The position numbers and the translations under genes are program-made. Source: an uncultured Oscillospiraceae bacterium (lineage in GTDB: Bacteria; Bacillota; Clostridia; Oscillospirales; Oscillospiraceae). From it: a stretch of DNA of 64,000 nucleotides. Positions 27,490 to 36,724 of this stretch are shown here, piece after piece. The stretch covers positions 8,234-72,233 of the forward strand of contig CAZJCA010000002.1 in NCBI GenBank assembly GCA_964544505.1, written 5' to 3'. Within the stretch, counting starts at the first letter, position 1; every line of letters begins with the position of its first letter. Under the pieces are notes generated by a model that searched no databases, had not been told where the DNA came from, and saw nothing but the letters and a program-made list of their open reading frames with translations.

Positions 27490-28011
27490 TTATTTCCTCC
27501 AAGACGATGAAAAGTTGGTTTTTTCTAAAATTCCCAGCACCCCGGCGCTGGCTGTGCCGGTGGCAAAGCCGGTGACGATGGCAACCAGCAAAAGATAGGG
27601 CAAGTAAGACGCCACATACACAGAGCTCAGCACCCCCATGGATGCAAAGATCTGACCGATATTGTGGGCTGCTGCCCCCAAAATACTGACTCCGTATACA
27701 GAAAACACGCTCATTTTTCGGCACAGTGCCATCACACCCATGGCAAGCACGCCGCCGGTCAGGGAAAACAGCAGTCCCGTAATACCCCCACCAAAGACGG
27801 CGCCCAAAATGCACCGGGGGATCAAAATTGCAAAAGCGCACTTAGTCCCCAGCAGGTACAGGGCGATGAGGGTCACAATATTGGCAAGTCCCAGCTTGAT
27901 GCCCGGCAGTGGGACCACCAATTGCAGCGGAATAAACCGCTCCAAATAAGACAGGGCCAATGCAAGGGCGATCAACACGGCGCACAGCGCCATTTTTTTC
28001 GTTCTCGTCAT
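27490..28011 (-). CDS. Gx transporter family / heptaprenyl diphosphate synthase component I-like membrane protein (EetB-like)
   Basis: ALALSYLE..P...PGIKLGLANI, SLTGG, GVSILGAAAHNIGQ. Confidence 0.88.
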   Translation of the reverse strand: MTRTKKMALCAVLIALALALSYLERFIPLQLVVPLPGIKLGLANIVTLIALYLLGTKCAFAILIPRCILGAVFGGGITGLLFSLTGGVLAMGVMALCRKMSVFSVYGVSILGAAAHNIGQIFASMGVLSSVYVASYLPYLLLVAIVTGFATGTASAGVLGILEKTNFSSSWRK

Positions 28012-28015
28012 GGCA

Positions 28016-28387
28016 CTACCCCACTACAAAGTCCACATCGCCGGTCTTTCCAACAATGCGCACCTCAACGGTGTTCGGCAAACATACGATGCTGCGTCCC
28101 GCAGCGGATATCCAGCCGCTGTGCACGCAGTCTTCCCCGGGGCAATCAGAGGATGTGATGGACACCCTTCCATCCTCCACCGTAATCACATTGGTATATT
28201 CCCCTTCCAGCGTATAAGTGCCGTTTTGGGACAGAGGCAGCGTCTTTACCAGTTTACCATTTTGATAGATCTCCACACCGGCTGCCGATTGAGAAGATTT
28301 CGGAAGAAATAACAGTGCCACGACCACTGCCAGCAGCACAACGATAACGATCGCAACCCAGTCTCCTTTTTGAAACTTCAGGCGCAA
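28016..28387 (-). CDS. NusG domain II-containing membrane protein (EetA-like)
   Basis: KGD + TM helix, then N...V.DG.V....SDCP...CV..G.I....SIVCLPN; TTG start with GGAG RBS. Confidence 0.88.
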   Translation of the reverse strand: MRLKFQKGDWVAIVIVVLLAVVVALLFLPKSSQSAAGVEIYQNGKLVKTLPLSQNGTYTLEGEYTNVITVEDGRVSITSSDCPGEDCVHSGWISAAGRSIVCLPNTVEVRIVGKTGDVDFVVG

Positions 28388-28528
28388 AGCCTCTCCCCCC
28401 TTTCTCCTATTTATTCGTCCATATCATACCATAAGAAGTGGCTTTCTGTAAATATGTTTCTTTTTCCAGAAATATGGCGAAAAAAGGCGTGTTGCCACCG
28501 CAACACGCCTAAAAATATGCATGGTTCT

Positions 28529-29032
28529 TTATTTTTCCACCCGACTGCGAATATAATCCTCCACTTGATCGGGAGCAATGCCCAAAATTTGAGAAACTTC
28601 GCCGGTAATCAGCCGCTGGGCATCCTTCAAAAAGTTTTCGTCGCACAGGTGGAACTTCTTCCCTGCCGCCAGCTGCTTCTGCCTGTGCAGATGCAGAGAG
28701 CGGATCATACCGATCAGCTCAGCGCAATCCGCCCGGGCAATCAGCTTGCGATAACGATCTTTGCGCAGATTCTCTTCCGAAATCCAGCAATCGGCCTGAA
28801 TTTCCCCGGAGTCCAGCAATCCATTCAGTTCCTCTGCCGTCAGCAGTTTCCGCATTTTAGCCACAGCTGCTTCATTATGGACAGGCACATAATAGGTGGC
28901 ATCCGCTTGCGCACAGGGCTGCAACACATAGTATTCCACGATTTTCCGATCTACTGTTTTCTTCTCAATATCCACAATACGGCACACCCCATGAATACCG
29001 TAAACCACCCGATCTCCACACTGAAAAGCCAT
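28529..29032 (-). CDS. CarD family transcriptional regulator
   Basis: FQCGDRVVYGIHGVCRI, YYVL.P, YVPV. Confidence 0.88.
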   Translation of the reverse strand: MAFQCGDRVVYGIHGVCRIVDIEKKTVDRKIVEYYVLQPCAQADATYYVPVHNEAAVAKMRKLLTAEELNGLLDSGEIQADCWISEENLRKDRYRKLIARADCAELIGMIRSLHLHRQKQLAAGKKFHLCDENFLKDAQRLITGEVSQILGIAPDQVEDYIRSRVEK

Positions 29033-29247
29033 AATAAGCCCCTACTTTCCTTGATTATGACTGTATTATAGCACAAAATTTTTTCATTTTCATGTGGCTA
29101 AAACGCCGAAAAATATCCGAAAAATCAACAAATATTGATTTTCAGTTGACAATCTATTGACCAATCTGTGCTATCATGGTTTTTAACTCTGGCAAAGTAA
29201 GAAAATTCATGATACAATAAAATTGCAAAGAAAGGGAGGATGCCCCG

Positions 29248-29919
29248 ATGATGAAAATTTTGATTGCAGAGGACGACCGGGAGCTGCGGCAGCTGTTTTC
29301 CCATGTGCTGATCTCCAAAGGGTACGCTGTGGTCGGCGTTTCCAATGGTCAGGAAGCGCTGGATGCCATGGACGCCGACTATTATGATATGATCATTTCC
29401 GATATTATGATGCCTGTTATGGATGGCTACGAACTGGTGCGCCAGCTACGCGGTACAGGCAGTAACATTCCCATTATGATGATCACCGCCCGGGATGCAT
29501 TTGACGATATGCGTCAAGGGTTTCTGTCCGGCACGGATGATTATATGGTCAAGCCCATCAATGTCAACGAAATGGTGCTGCGAGTGGAAGCCCTGCTGCG
29601 CCGGGCACAGATGATCAACAATCGTCGGCTGGTTATGGGCAACACCGTGATGGAAATGGACTCTCTGACCGTCATCACTCCGAAAGAGACTTTGATCCTG
29701 CCCCAGAAAGAATTTATGCTGCTGTACAAACTGGCTTCCCTGCCGGGCAAGATCCTGACCCGGCAACAGTTGATGGATGAGATCTGGGGCTACGACACCG
29801 GCTCTGACAGCCACACGGTAGATGTGCATATCGGTCGTCTGCGGGAGCGTTTTCGGGATAATACAGATTTTAAAATCGTCACCATGCGCGGCGTGGGCTA
29901 CAAGGTGGTGCGGCTGTGA
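29248..29919 (+). CDS. OmpR-family response regulator (HssR-like)
   Basis: AEDD, SDIMMP, GTDDYMVKP, LPQKEF, TVDVHIGRLR. Confidence 0.92.
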   Translation: MMKILIAEDDRELRQLFSHVLISKGYAVVGVSNGQEALDAMDADYYDMIISDIMMPVMDGYELVRQLRGTGSNIPIMMITARDAFDDMRQGFLSGTDDYMVKPINVNEMVLRVEALLRRAQMINNRRLVMGNTVMEMDSLTVITPKETLILPQKEFMLLYKLASLPGKILTRQQLMDEIWGYDTGSDSHTVDVHIGRLRERFRDNTDFKIVTMRGVGYKVVRL

Positions 29920-30953
29920 AAAAAGAGAAGAAACAGCGCCGTGGTTTAAGTCTGCAATGGCGAATGCACCTGATGGTCGCCATGGAAATGGTGCTGATCG
30001 TCGGCATCACCTATCTGCTGAGCATCATTTTTCCCGACAGCATCTTTGGTCGCTGGAATGAGCACAGTTTGCTGACCTTGATTCTTCTCAGCCTGTTTTT
30101 GAGCACAGCGCTCACCTGGCTGCTTTCCAGAATGTTCTTCAACCCCATCAAGCGCCTGACCAAGGCCATGGCACAAGTGGCAAAGGGAGATTTTTCCGTC
30201 CGACTGGACGGAAAATCCACCGCTCCGGAGGTGCAGGACATTTACGCCGGCTTTAACCTGATGGCAAAGGAACTGGGAAACACAGAAATTCTGCAAACCG
30301 ACTTCGTTTCCAACGCTTCCCACGAATTTAAGACCCCTTTGAACGCCATTGAGGGCTACTCCACCCTGCTGCAAAACAGCGACACCCTCAACGATCAGCA
30401 GCGAGAGTATGTGGAGAAGATCATCTTCAACACCAAACGGCTTTCCTCTTTGACCGGCAGTATTTTGCTGCTGTCCAAAATCGAAAACCAGACCATCCCC
30501 ACCAACCGCAGTCGTTTCCGGCTGGACGAGCAGATCCGCCAGTCCATTTTGGCACTGGAAGCGGCCTGGGAGCCGAAAGACATTGAATTTGATGTGGATT
30601 TGGATGAGATATCCTATTACGGAAACGAAATGCTATTGCACCATGTGTGGGACAATCTGATCTCCAATGCCATTAAATTCAACCCCGTAGGCGGCTGCGT
30701 CACCATTCGCCTGAGCAAAGAAAAGGGCCAGTTATGCAGCACCGTGGCAGATTCCGGCCCCGGCATCCCGGAAGAGGCCGCAGCTCATATTTTCGACAAA
30801 TTCTACCAGGCCGACAGTTCCCACCGGGAACAGGGCAACGGCTTAGGTCTTGCCCTGGTCAAGCGCATTCTCGCCCTGGAAGGTGGTACCGTGACCGCCC
30901 AGAACCTGCCTCAGGGTGGCTGCCAGTTTACCATTATTCTAAAAGAAGAATAA
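29916..30953 (+). CDS. Intramembrane-sensing HAMP histidine kinase (HssS-like)
   Basis: Two close TM helices, HAMP, SHEFKTPL, NLISNAIKF, DSGPGI, GNGLGL. Confidence 0.92.
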   Translation: MKKEKKQRRGLSLQWRMHLMVAMEMVLIVGITYLLSIIFPDSIFGRWNEHSLLTLILLSLFLSTALTWLLSRMFFNPIKRLTKAMAQVAKGDFSVRLDGKSTAPEVQDIYAGFNLMAKELGNTEILQTDFVSNASHEFKTPLNAIEGYSTLLQNSDTLNDQQREYVEKIIFNTKRLSSLTGSILLLSKIENQTIPTNRSRFRLDEQIRQSILALEAAWEPKDIEFDVDLDEISYYGNEMLLHHVWDNLISNAIKFNPVGGCVTIRLSKEKGQLCSTVADSGPGIPEEAAAHIFDKFYQADSSHREQGNGLGLALVKRILALEGGTVTAQNLPQGGCQFTIILKEE

Positions 30954-30991
30954 CACCCTTCCCCAAGCACCAAAAATTCTCCTCACATAAA

Positions 30992-31020
30992 AAAACAGCC
31001 CTCCGAATGGAGGGCTGTTT
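30992..31020. terminator. Terminator between the convergent kinase and PTS genes
   Basis: AAACAGCCCTCC-GAAT-GGAGGGCTGTTT. Confidence 0.8.
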
Positions 31021-31063
31021 CCTGTTTGTTAGACTATGTGGGCCATAGCCAGAGAAGAAGTGC

Positions 31064-32551
31064 TTACTTGCACAGCTTCTTGAATTCGTCGTGAACGAAC
31101 TGGACCTTGGGGCCGATAACGACCTGAACGGAGGTCTTGCCGGGACGGATAACGCCGGAGGCGCCGGAGGACTTGATCTTCTTCTCGTCAACCAGCAGAC
31201 GGTCCTTCACTTCCAGACGCAGACGAGTGATGCAGTGATCGATGGACACGATGTTGTCCTTGCCGCCCAGGCCTTCCAGAATGATCTCAGCCATAGCGGT
31301 GTAGTCGTCGTTAGCCAGCTCGATCTTCAGCTCGTCCTCACCGTCGTCTTCACGGCCGGGGGTCTTCAGGTCGAACTTCTTAATGGCGAAGTAGAACACC
31401 AGGAAGAAGACGATGAAGGCAGCAGCGCCCAGAGGCAGGATCAGCCAGGTCTTAGCAGCTGCGGGCAGAGATGCAGAGAAGATCAGGTCGGTCAGGCCAG
31501 CGGAGAAGCAGAAGCCAGCGCGGAAGCCCAGAGCGACGGTGATGTAGGTGAAGATGCCGTACAGCAGAGCGTAAACGACATACAGGGGGAATGCCAGGAA
31601 CATGAAAGCGAACTCGAAGGGCTCGGTGACGCCGCACAGCAGAGCGCAGATAGCAGCAGAACCAACGATACCGATGGTAGCCTTACGCTTGTTGGACTTA
31701 GCAGTCAGGATCATAGCCAGAGCGCCGCCCAGGATACCGAACATCATGCAGGGGAAGAAGCCAGCCATGTACATACCAACGGACCAGTCGATGACAGTGC
31801 CGTTGCCCATGACGCCGCCTTCAACCAGACCGCCCCAGTAAGCAGTCAGGTCGCCCAGGCCGATGGTATCGAACCAGAACACGTTGTTCAGAGCGTGGTG
31901 CAGGCCGAAGGGGATCAGCAGGCGGTTCAGGAAAGCGTAGATACCAGCGCCCAGTGCGCCCAGACCCTTGATAGCGTTACCAACAGCGACCAGAGCGCTG
32001 AAGATGACGGGCCAGACAAACATCAGGACAGCGGACACGACGATGGAAACAACGCCGGTCACAATAGCGACGGAACGCTTGCCGGAGAAGAATGCCAGAA
32101 CGTCGGGCAGCTTGGTGTCCTTAAACTTGTTGTAGCACAGGCCACCGATGATACCGGCCAGAATGCCGGTGAAGGGGTTGGCGATCTTCTGGTAAGCCAC
32201 TACCCAGGTCTTGTTCTCAGCCAGGCTGGGGATGATAGCGCCGGCAGCGCCCACCAGAGTGGTCATCATCAGCCAGGAGATCAGGCCTGCCAGACCGGCA
32301 GTACCGTTGTTCTCTTTTGCCAGACCAACAGCCACACCGACAGCGAACAGGACGGCCATGTTATCGATCAGAGCGCCACCGGCCTTGATCAGGAACAGAC
32401 CCAGAGAATAAGCGAAACCGGAAGTTGCACCTGCAGCACCCATAGCAGCGGGAGCGAAGGCGTAACCCAGACCCATCAGGATACCACAGATAGGCAGCGC
32501 AGCAACAGGCAGCATCAGAGCGCTACCCAGCTTTTGCAGTTTTTTCATCAT
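31064..32551 (-). CDS. nagE: PTS glucose-family EIICB, N-acetylglucosamine type
   Basis: LQKLG.ALMLPVAALP, FFSGKR, FGLHHALN, GVTEPFEF, LKTPGRE linker, EIIB CITRLR. Confidence 0.85.
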   Translation of the reverse strand: MMKKLQKLGSALMLPVAALPICGILMGLGYAFAPAAMGAAGATSGFAYSLGLFLIKAGGALIDNMAVLFAVGVAVGLAKENNGTAGLAGLISWLMMTTLVGAAGAIIPSLAENKTWVVAYQKIANPFTGILAGIIGGLCYNKFKDTKLPDVLAFFSGKRSVAIVTGVVSIVVSAVLMFVWPVIFSALVAVGNAIKGLGALGAGIYAFLNRLLIPFGLHHALNNVFWFDTIGLGDLTAYWGGLVEGGVMGNGTVIDWSVGMYMAGFFPCMMFGILGGALAMILTAKSNKRKATIGIVGSAAICALLCGVTEPFEFAFMFLAFPLYVVYALLYGIFTYITVALGFRAGFCFSAGLTDLIFSASLPAAAKTWLILPLGAAAFIVFFLVFYFAIKKFDLKTPGREDDGEDELKIELANDDYTAMAEIILEGLGGKDNIVSIDHCITRLRLEVKDRLLVDEKKIKSSGASGVIRPGKTSVQVVIGPKVQFVHDEFKKLCK

Positions 32552-32703
32552 ACAAAAATATCCTCCTTAAAATTCTCTACCCTTAATATATTCATGGCCG
32601 TTGGCCCACAACAGTCAAGAGTATAAGGGAAGTTCAAAAAAGCATACTGTTTCTGAAAGAAACAGTAAAAAGGGATATCCCTTTTCGCTTTATTTGACGA
32701 AAA

Positions 32704-32961
32704 TTACAGATTGGCTTCCAGAAAAGCCTTCAGTTCGGCAGCTGCCTTCTCTTCATCAGCGCCTTCAACGGAAACGGTCAGTTCCATGCCCTGCTTGGCA
32801 GCCAGACGCATCACAGCCATCAGCCGCTTGGCATCAGCCTTGCCGGTGGGAGCGGTGACGGTAACGGTGGAAGCGTAGCCTGCGCAGGCTTTCACCAGCA
32901 TACCGGCGGGACGAGCGTGCAGACCCAGAGGATCAGCGATCACATGGGTAAATTCTTTCAT
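32704..32961 (-). CDS. ptsH: HPr family phosphocarrier
   Basis: GLHARPA (His15), GADE; the Ser46 position is Arg. Confidence 0.88.
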   Translation of the reverse strand: MKEFTHVIADPLGLHARPAGMLVKACAGYASTVTVTAPTGKADAKRLMAVMRLAAKQGMELTVSVEGADEEKAAAELKAFLEANL

Positions 32962-32963
32962 AG

Positions 32964-34577
32964 TTAAACCTCACTTTCACTGACGAGCTTACGCACTTCC
33001 AGCACACGGCCGGCAGCCATACTAAGCTCGGTATATCCCATTTTCAGGAATGTTTCTGTCATCTTGGTATCTGCGCCCAATTCGCCGCAAATACCGGCCC
33101 AAATGCCATTGTCATTGGCAGCCTTGGCAATGTGGGCAAGCAGCGCCATCAGCGCCGGGTGGTAGGGATCGTAGAACTTGTCCAGCTTGGCGTTCTGACG
33201 GTCAACAGCCAGGGTATACTGGGTCAAATCGTTGGTGCCAACGCTGAAGAAGGCAGCTTCCTTTGCCAGCTCATGTGCCATAACAGCGGCGGCAGGGGTT
33301 TCCACCATCACGCCGATGGGCACTTCCTTGGTCTCGATGCCTTCCGCCTGCAATTCCTTGCGAATGCGGAAGCACAGAGCCTTGGCAGCTTTCAGCTCCC
33401 ACACGGATGCCACCATGGGGAACATGACGCTCAGGTTACCAAAAGCGCTGGCTCGATAAATGGCACGCAGCTGAGGACGGAAAATCTCCTCTCTGGTCAG
33501 GCAGATCCGCAGGCCACGCAGACCCAGAGCCGGGTTTTCCTCCTGCTCCAGACCCATGTAATCCACCTGCTTATCTGCACCGATATCCAAAGTGCGGATG
33601 ACCACCGGACGATCGCCCATGGTCACGGCTACCTTCTTATAAGCTTCAAACAGTTCTTCTTCCGTGGGCAGGCTGTCCCGACCCAGATACAGGAATTCAC
33701 TGCGCATCAGGCCAACGCCCTCAGCATCGGCCTTCAGTGCGGCCTCGGCATCCTCGGGATTGCCGATGTTCGCGCACAGCAGCACCTTCTTGCCGGATTT
33801 GGTGATGCTCTCCTTGCCCCGGAACGCTTCCAGTGCCTGACGGGCATCGGCAGCAGCTGCCTGCTTTTTCAGCAGCATCTGCATGGTTTCCTCGTCGGGA
33901 TCGGCGTACCAGGTGCCGGTAAAGCCATCCACAGCCAGGACTTTGCAATCCTCCGCCACATCCAGGCTAATGTCCGACTGGACAAGAGAGGGAATATTCA
34001 ATGTACGAGCCAAAATGGCGGTATGGCTGGAAGAAGAACCCTGCCGGGTAACGAAAGCCAGGATCCTCTCTCTGGGCAGCTGAATAGTCTCGCTGGGAGC
34101 CAGATCCTCTGCAACCAGCAGGAAAGAACCTTCCTGCAGCTGGAAACCGGTGTTTCCGCAGAGAATATCGTAAATTCTGTGGGACATATCCCGAATGTCC
34201 GCAGAACGGGCATTCATATACTCGTCGTCCATGGCCGCAAAGACCTGGGCAAATTCCTCACCGCAGTCCAGTGCTGCCAAAGCAGCGGCAGCGCCATCAG
34301 CGATGGCAGCAGAAACCGCATCTAAGTAATCCAGATCATCCACCATCAGCATCTGCACTTCAATGATGGCAGCCTGCTCTTCGCCGATCTCGGCCTTAGC
34401 CTTTTCGTACAGAGCAGTCAGCTGCTGACGGGCCGTTTCCCGGGCAGCATCGAATTTGGTCTGTTCCAGAGCCGGATCGCCACTGGAAACAGGAAGATTA
34501 CGCTCGGATTTGCGGTAAACCACCGCATTGCCGATGGCTACGCCGGGAAAAACCGGCAATCCTTTGCCTTGCTTCAT
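32964..34577 (-). CDS. ptsI: PEP-protein phosphotransferase (PTS enzyme I)
   Basis: SHTAILAR, GVGLMRSEFLY, RTLDIGADK, ENPALGLRG, SVGTNDLTQY, GICGE; start re-called at 34577. Confidence 0.95.
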   Translation of the reverse strand: MKQGKGLPVFPGVAIGNAVVYRKSERNLPVSSGDPALEQTKFDAARETARQQLTALYEKAKAEIGEEQAAIIEVQMLMVDDLDYLDAVSAAIADGAAAALAALDCGEEFAQVFAAMDDEYMNARSADIRDMSHRIYDILCGNTGFQLQEGSFLLVAEDLAPSETIQLPRERILAFVTRQGSSSSHTAILARTLNIPSLVQSDISLDVAEDCKVLAVDGFTGTWYADPDEETMQMLLKKQAAAADARQALEAFRGKESITKSGKKVLLCANIGNPEDAEAALKADAEGVGLMRSEFLYLGRDSLPTEEELFEAYKKVAVTMGDRPVVIRTLDIGADKQVDYMGLEQEENPALGLRGLRICLTREEIFRPQLRAIYRASAFGNLSVMFPMVASVWELKAAKALCFRIRKELQAEGIETKEVPIGVMVETPAAAVMAHELAKEAAFFSVGTNDLTQYTLAVDRQNAKLDKFYDPYHPALMALLAHIAKAANDNGIWAGICGELGADTKMTETFLKMGYTELSMAAGRVLEVRKLVSESEV

Positions 34578-34587
34578 GGTATTCTCC

Positions 34588-35073
34588 TTACTTTGCCAAT
34601 TCGATGACCACATCATTGTTGGTCACAGCCTTATTCACATGGGCATTGAAAGTGGTGTAGTCACCGCTGTTGCACACCACCATGGGGGTGATGGTATTGA
34701 AACCTGCTGCCTTGATGGCATCCAAGTCAAACTCGATGAGCAGATCGCCCTTTTTCACCTTATCGCCGTTATTGGCACGCACGGTAAAGTGCTTGCCTTC
34801 CAGGCTGACGGTCTCCAGACCCACATGGATCAGGATCTCAGCGCCGCAATCAGCCACCAGGCTGACAGCATGACCGGTGGTGAACATCATATCCACAGTC
34901 GCATCGCAGGGAGCGTAGACCTTGCCCTCGGAAGGCTCAACAGCAATACCCTTACCCAGCATTTCTTCTGCAAAAGTGGGGTCAGGCACTTCGGTCACCG
35001 GCACGGCCTTACCTGCCACAGGAGCACACAGCTCGTCCATCGGCTTTGCAAACAATTTCTTGAAAAATCCCAT
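34588..35073 (-). CDS. crr: PTS glucose-family EIIA
   Basis: VPDPTFA..LGKG, HAV, EILIHVGLETV. Confidence 0.9.
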   Translation of the reverse strand: MGFFKKLFAKPMDELCAPVAGKAVPVTEVPDPTFAEEMLGKGIAVEPSEGKVYAPCDATVDMMFTTGHAVSLVADCGAEILIHVGLETVSLEGKHFTVRANNGDKVKKGDLLIEFDLDAIKAAGFNTITPMVVCNSGDYTTFNAHVNKAVTNNDVVIELAK

Positions 35074-35143
35074 ATCTTATTACCATCCTTTGTGCAGCAT
35101 ATCCCTGTTTGGCAGGGATAAAGACATAATTTCAGTTGTAGTA

Positions 35144-35172
35144 AGTGTAACAAGAAAACCACCTTTTGTCAA
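35144..35172 (-). promoter_or_regulatory. Sigma-A promoter of the PTS operon
   Basis: TTGACA - 17 nt - TACACT with extended TG. Confidence 0.6.
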
Positions 35173-35273
35173 CGAGAAATACAGCAGTTTTTCCATTTTT
35201 GCAAGCAAAATAACGGCCTGTCCCCCATTTTTTGGGGAGCAGGCCGTCACTTTGTATAGTATTCGTACCTTAA

Positions 35274-36434
35274 TTATAGTAATTTATACCAAACACCAAG
35301 ATAGGGACATACACCCAGCATGGAACAGATCTGCTGATACTCCGCTATAAGCTTCTGCTTCTGCTTTTCGCTGACAGAATTTCGCTTAATCCCCTTGATT
35401 AACACATTTTTCGGTGTCTCTTCCGGGTCGATCAACTCCATGGCTCCCACATCGTAGCCCTTGATCTGTAACACCTTGCAGCGCAGCGCATCGGTGGCAG
35501 CATCTGCAAATTTTTGCTTTAGGATGGAGTGCTCCAGCAAAAAGTCTGTGCTCTTTCCCTGGGGTTTGAGCTGATGCATCATCTCGTGATGGCAGCAGGG
35601 GGTAGACAGGATCACCCGGGATCCGGAGTCGATGCCCTTGGCCAGCACGATGTCCGTTGCAATATCGCAGGCATGCAGGGAAACCGTCAGATCCGGGGCA
35701 CGGCGGATCTCAAAGCTGCGGATATCCCCTGCCATAAAATGCAGCCCCGTATAGTTGAGCTTCTTTGCCACGCTGTCGCAAAACTCGATCACATCGGTTT
35801 TCAAATCCACACAGTCCATGACCACTTTTTGCCCACGAATACGGGTGAAATAGTAGTACAAAGCAAAGCTTAAATAGCTTTTCCCGCAGCAAAGATCCAA
35901 AATATACAGTTCATCACCGGTGACAATGCTGCTTTCTACATCCGCAACGATCTCCAGAAAACGATTGATCTGCCGGAATTTGGAACGCTTTTTATCAAAG
36001 ATCTGACCGTTCTTGTCCTGCACACCCAGTTCCACCAGAAAGTCCACCGGCTCATTGTCTGCAATAATATACTGCTTTCGGCGATCATGCGCCAATGCTG
36101 TGGGGGCAGCCTGTCCCCTGCGAATGCGATCGAGAACCGTGATCTTTCCCTTTTTCGATACCTTCACTTCGCAGTTGCCATCGGGGGTCTGGATATTCAT
36201 GGAACTGTAAGCCGATGGGATCATGTCGGCGATCATCTGCGCTGCCTGGTCTCCGGGCAGATTTTTTTGAATCGCCTTTCCGTCGGTGCAAAACTGGGTC
36301 AGCGCCAGATACAGCTTCCCCTTGATCTCGATGAGCCGTCCGGTGGTGCGGATGATGGTGGGGTCAGCAGGTTTACTCAAAGTCAGCTTTGTCAGAATTT
36401 TTTCTTCGATGGTGTAAGCCAAAATCTCTTTCAT
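35274..36434 (-). CDS. Class I SAM-dependent methyltransferase
   Basis: KFRQINRFLE, LDLCCGKSYL, SLHACDIATD, PCCHHE, TPKN. Confidence 0.88.
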   Translation of the reverse strand: MKEILAYTIEEKILTKLTLSKPADPTIIRTTGRLIEIKGKLYLALTQFCTDGKAIQKNLPGDQAAQMIADMIPSAYSSMNIQTPDGNCEVKVSKKGKITVLDRIRRGQAAPTALAHDRRKQYIIADNEPVDFLVELGVQDKNGQIFDKKRSKFRQINRFLEIVADVESSIVTGDELYILDLCCGKSYLSFALYYYFTRIRGQKVVMDCVDLKTDVIEFCDSVAKKLNYTGLHFMAGDIRSFEIRRAPDLTVSLHACDIATDIVLAKGIDSGSRVILSTPCCHHEMMHQLKPQGKSTDFLLEHSILKQKFADAATDALRCKVLQIKGYDVGAMELIDPEETPKNVLIKGIKRNSVSEKQKQKLIAEYQQICSMLGVCPYLGVWYKLL

Positions 36435-36724
36435 AGGCGCACCTCCTAAATGATAAACTCATTATATCTCATTTCCTGTCTCTTGGCAAGTCCCTTCCAT
36501 TCCTTCCATAGATCCGTCCGTCATCCACGGACACACAGAAAAACGCCAGTCAAAAACACTTTTTGTCTATTTCATGCGTTATGTCCGCTCTTTTTTATTT
36601 AGTTTGCATAAACCTATACAACATTTCCAGGAATATATACACATTTTCCTCTTTTTCACTATTGCAGGCAAAACGAAGCCATGGTATAATAAAGTATATT
36701 TAAAAGAAGGAGAAATGGAAAGGT

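Noticed and set aside
31091-32626. 511-aa ORF antisense to the PTS EIICB gene (likewise 38382-40358, 43127-44668, 44424-46991, 49273-51072, 60287-62590, 15600-17030)
   Set aside because: Shadow ORFs produced by codon bias of the real gene on the other strand; no RBS and no recognisable motifs
32560-32700. Possible RAT antiterminator or cre site between HPr and EIICB
   Set aside because: Only short palindromes are visible; no match to the RAT consensus and no BglG/LicT gene in the window
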